Positions 63,871 through 64,000 of a stretch of 64,000 nucleotides of DNA are shown in pieces. Source of the DNA: Lytechinus pictus (lineage: Eukaryota). How positions within the stretch are numbered: the first letter of the stretch is position 1; each line of letters begins with the position of its first letter. The notes under the pieces are model-generated. The model saw only the letters and a list, made by a program, of their open reading frames with translations. It did not search any database and was not told the DNA's origin. The stretch is from NCBI RefSeq assembly GCF_037042905.1, contig NC_087250.1:13208001-13272000 (forward strand), in the 5' to 3' direction. Made by a program: the position numbers and the translations under genes.

Positions 63871-64000
63871 ACCATATCTAGGCCGGGTTATTTTGGGAGT
63901 TCATATGGCCCGGAGGGGGGGGGCTCCCAGGCCCCCTCCCCTTGAGATCTCGGCCGTCGACCGCGTGATCCCGCCGAAAATTGGCACGCAGGTTGTTACG
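63871..64000 (+). mobile_element. Left end of a second piggyBac-like element (cut by the window edge)
   Basis: Follows ttaa; closely matches 6777-6895. Confidence 0.85.

Overview
AT-rich, intron-containing animal genomic DNA; the repeat families and the HYR/EGF/YWTD gene content suggest an echinoderm such as a sea urchin (inference, not proven). Two divergently transcribed multi-exon genes can be assembled from GT-AG sites with consistent intron phases. (1) Minus strand, ATG 18979: signal-peptide-like exon, a 56-aa two-Cys exon and two EGF exons (162 codons, 3' end not found). (2) Plus strand, ATG 34510: signal peptide, a divergent six-bladed YWTD/LDLR-class-B beta-propeller and a HYR domain (397 codons, continuing past the window). 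The rest is largely nested transposable elements: Harbinger-, piggyBac-, hAT-, Tc1-, Sola2-, CACTA- and Kolobok-like non-autonomous DNA elements, Helentron-type elements, CR1/L2/Vingi LINE remnants, tRNA-derived SINEs and LTR remnants. Highlights: a 337-bp Penelope-like insert forming a perfect 123-bp foldback around a minimal hammerhead ribozyme motif (59418-59754), two almost identical 2.25-kb hAT insertions with different 8-bp TSDs, and a YWTD-HYR domain junction. No prokaryotic features or CRISPR arrays. Family names come from recognised motifs and TIR/TSD geometry, not from database searches.
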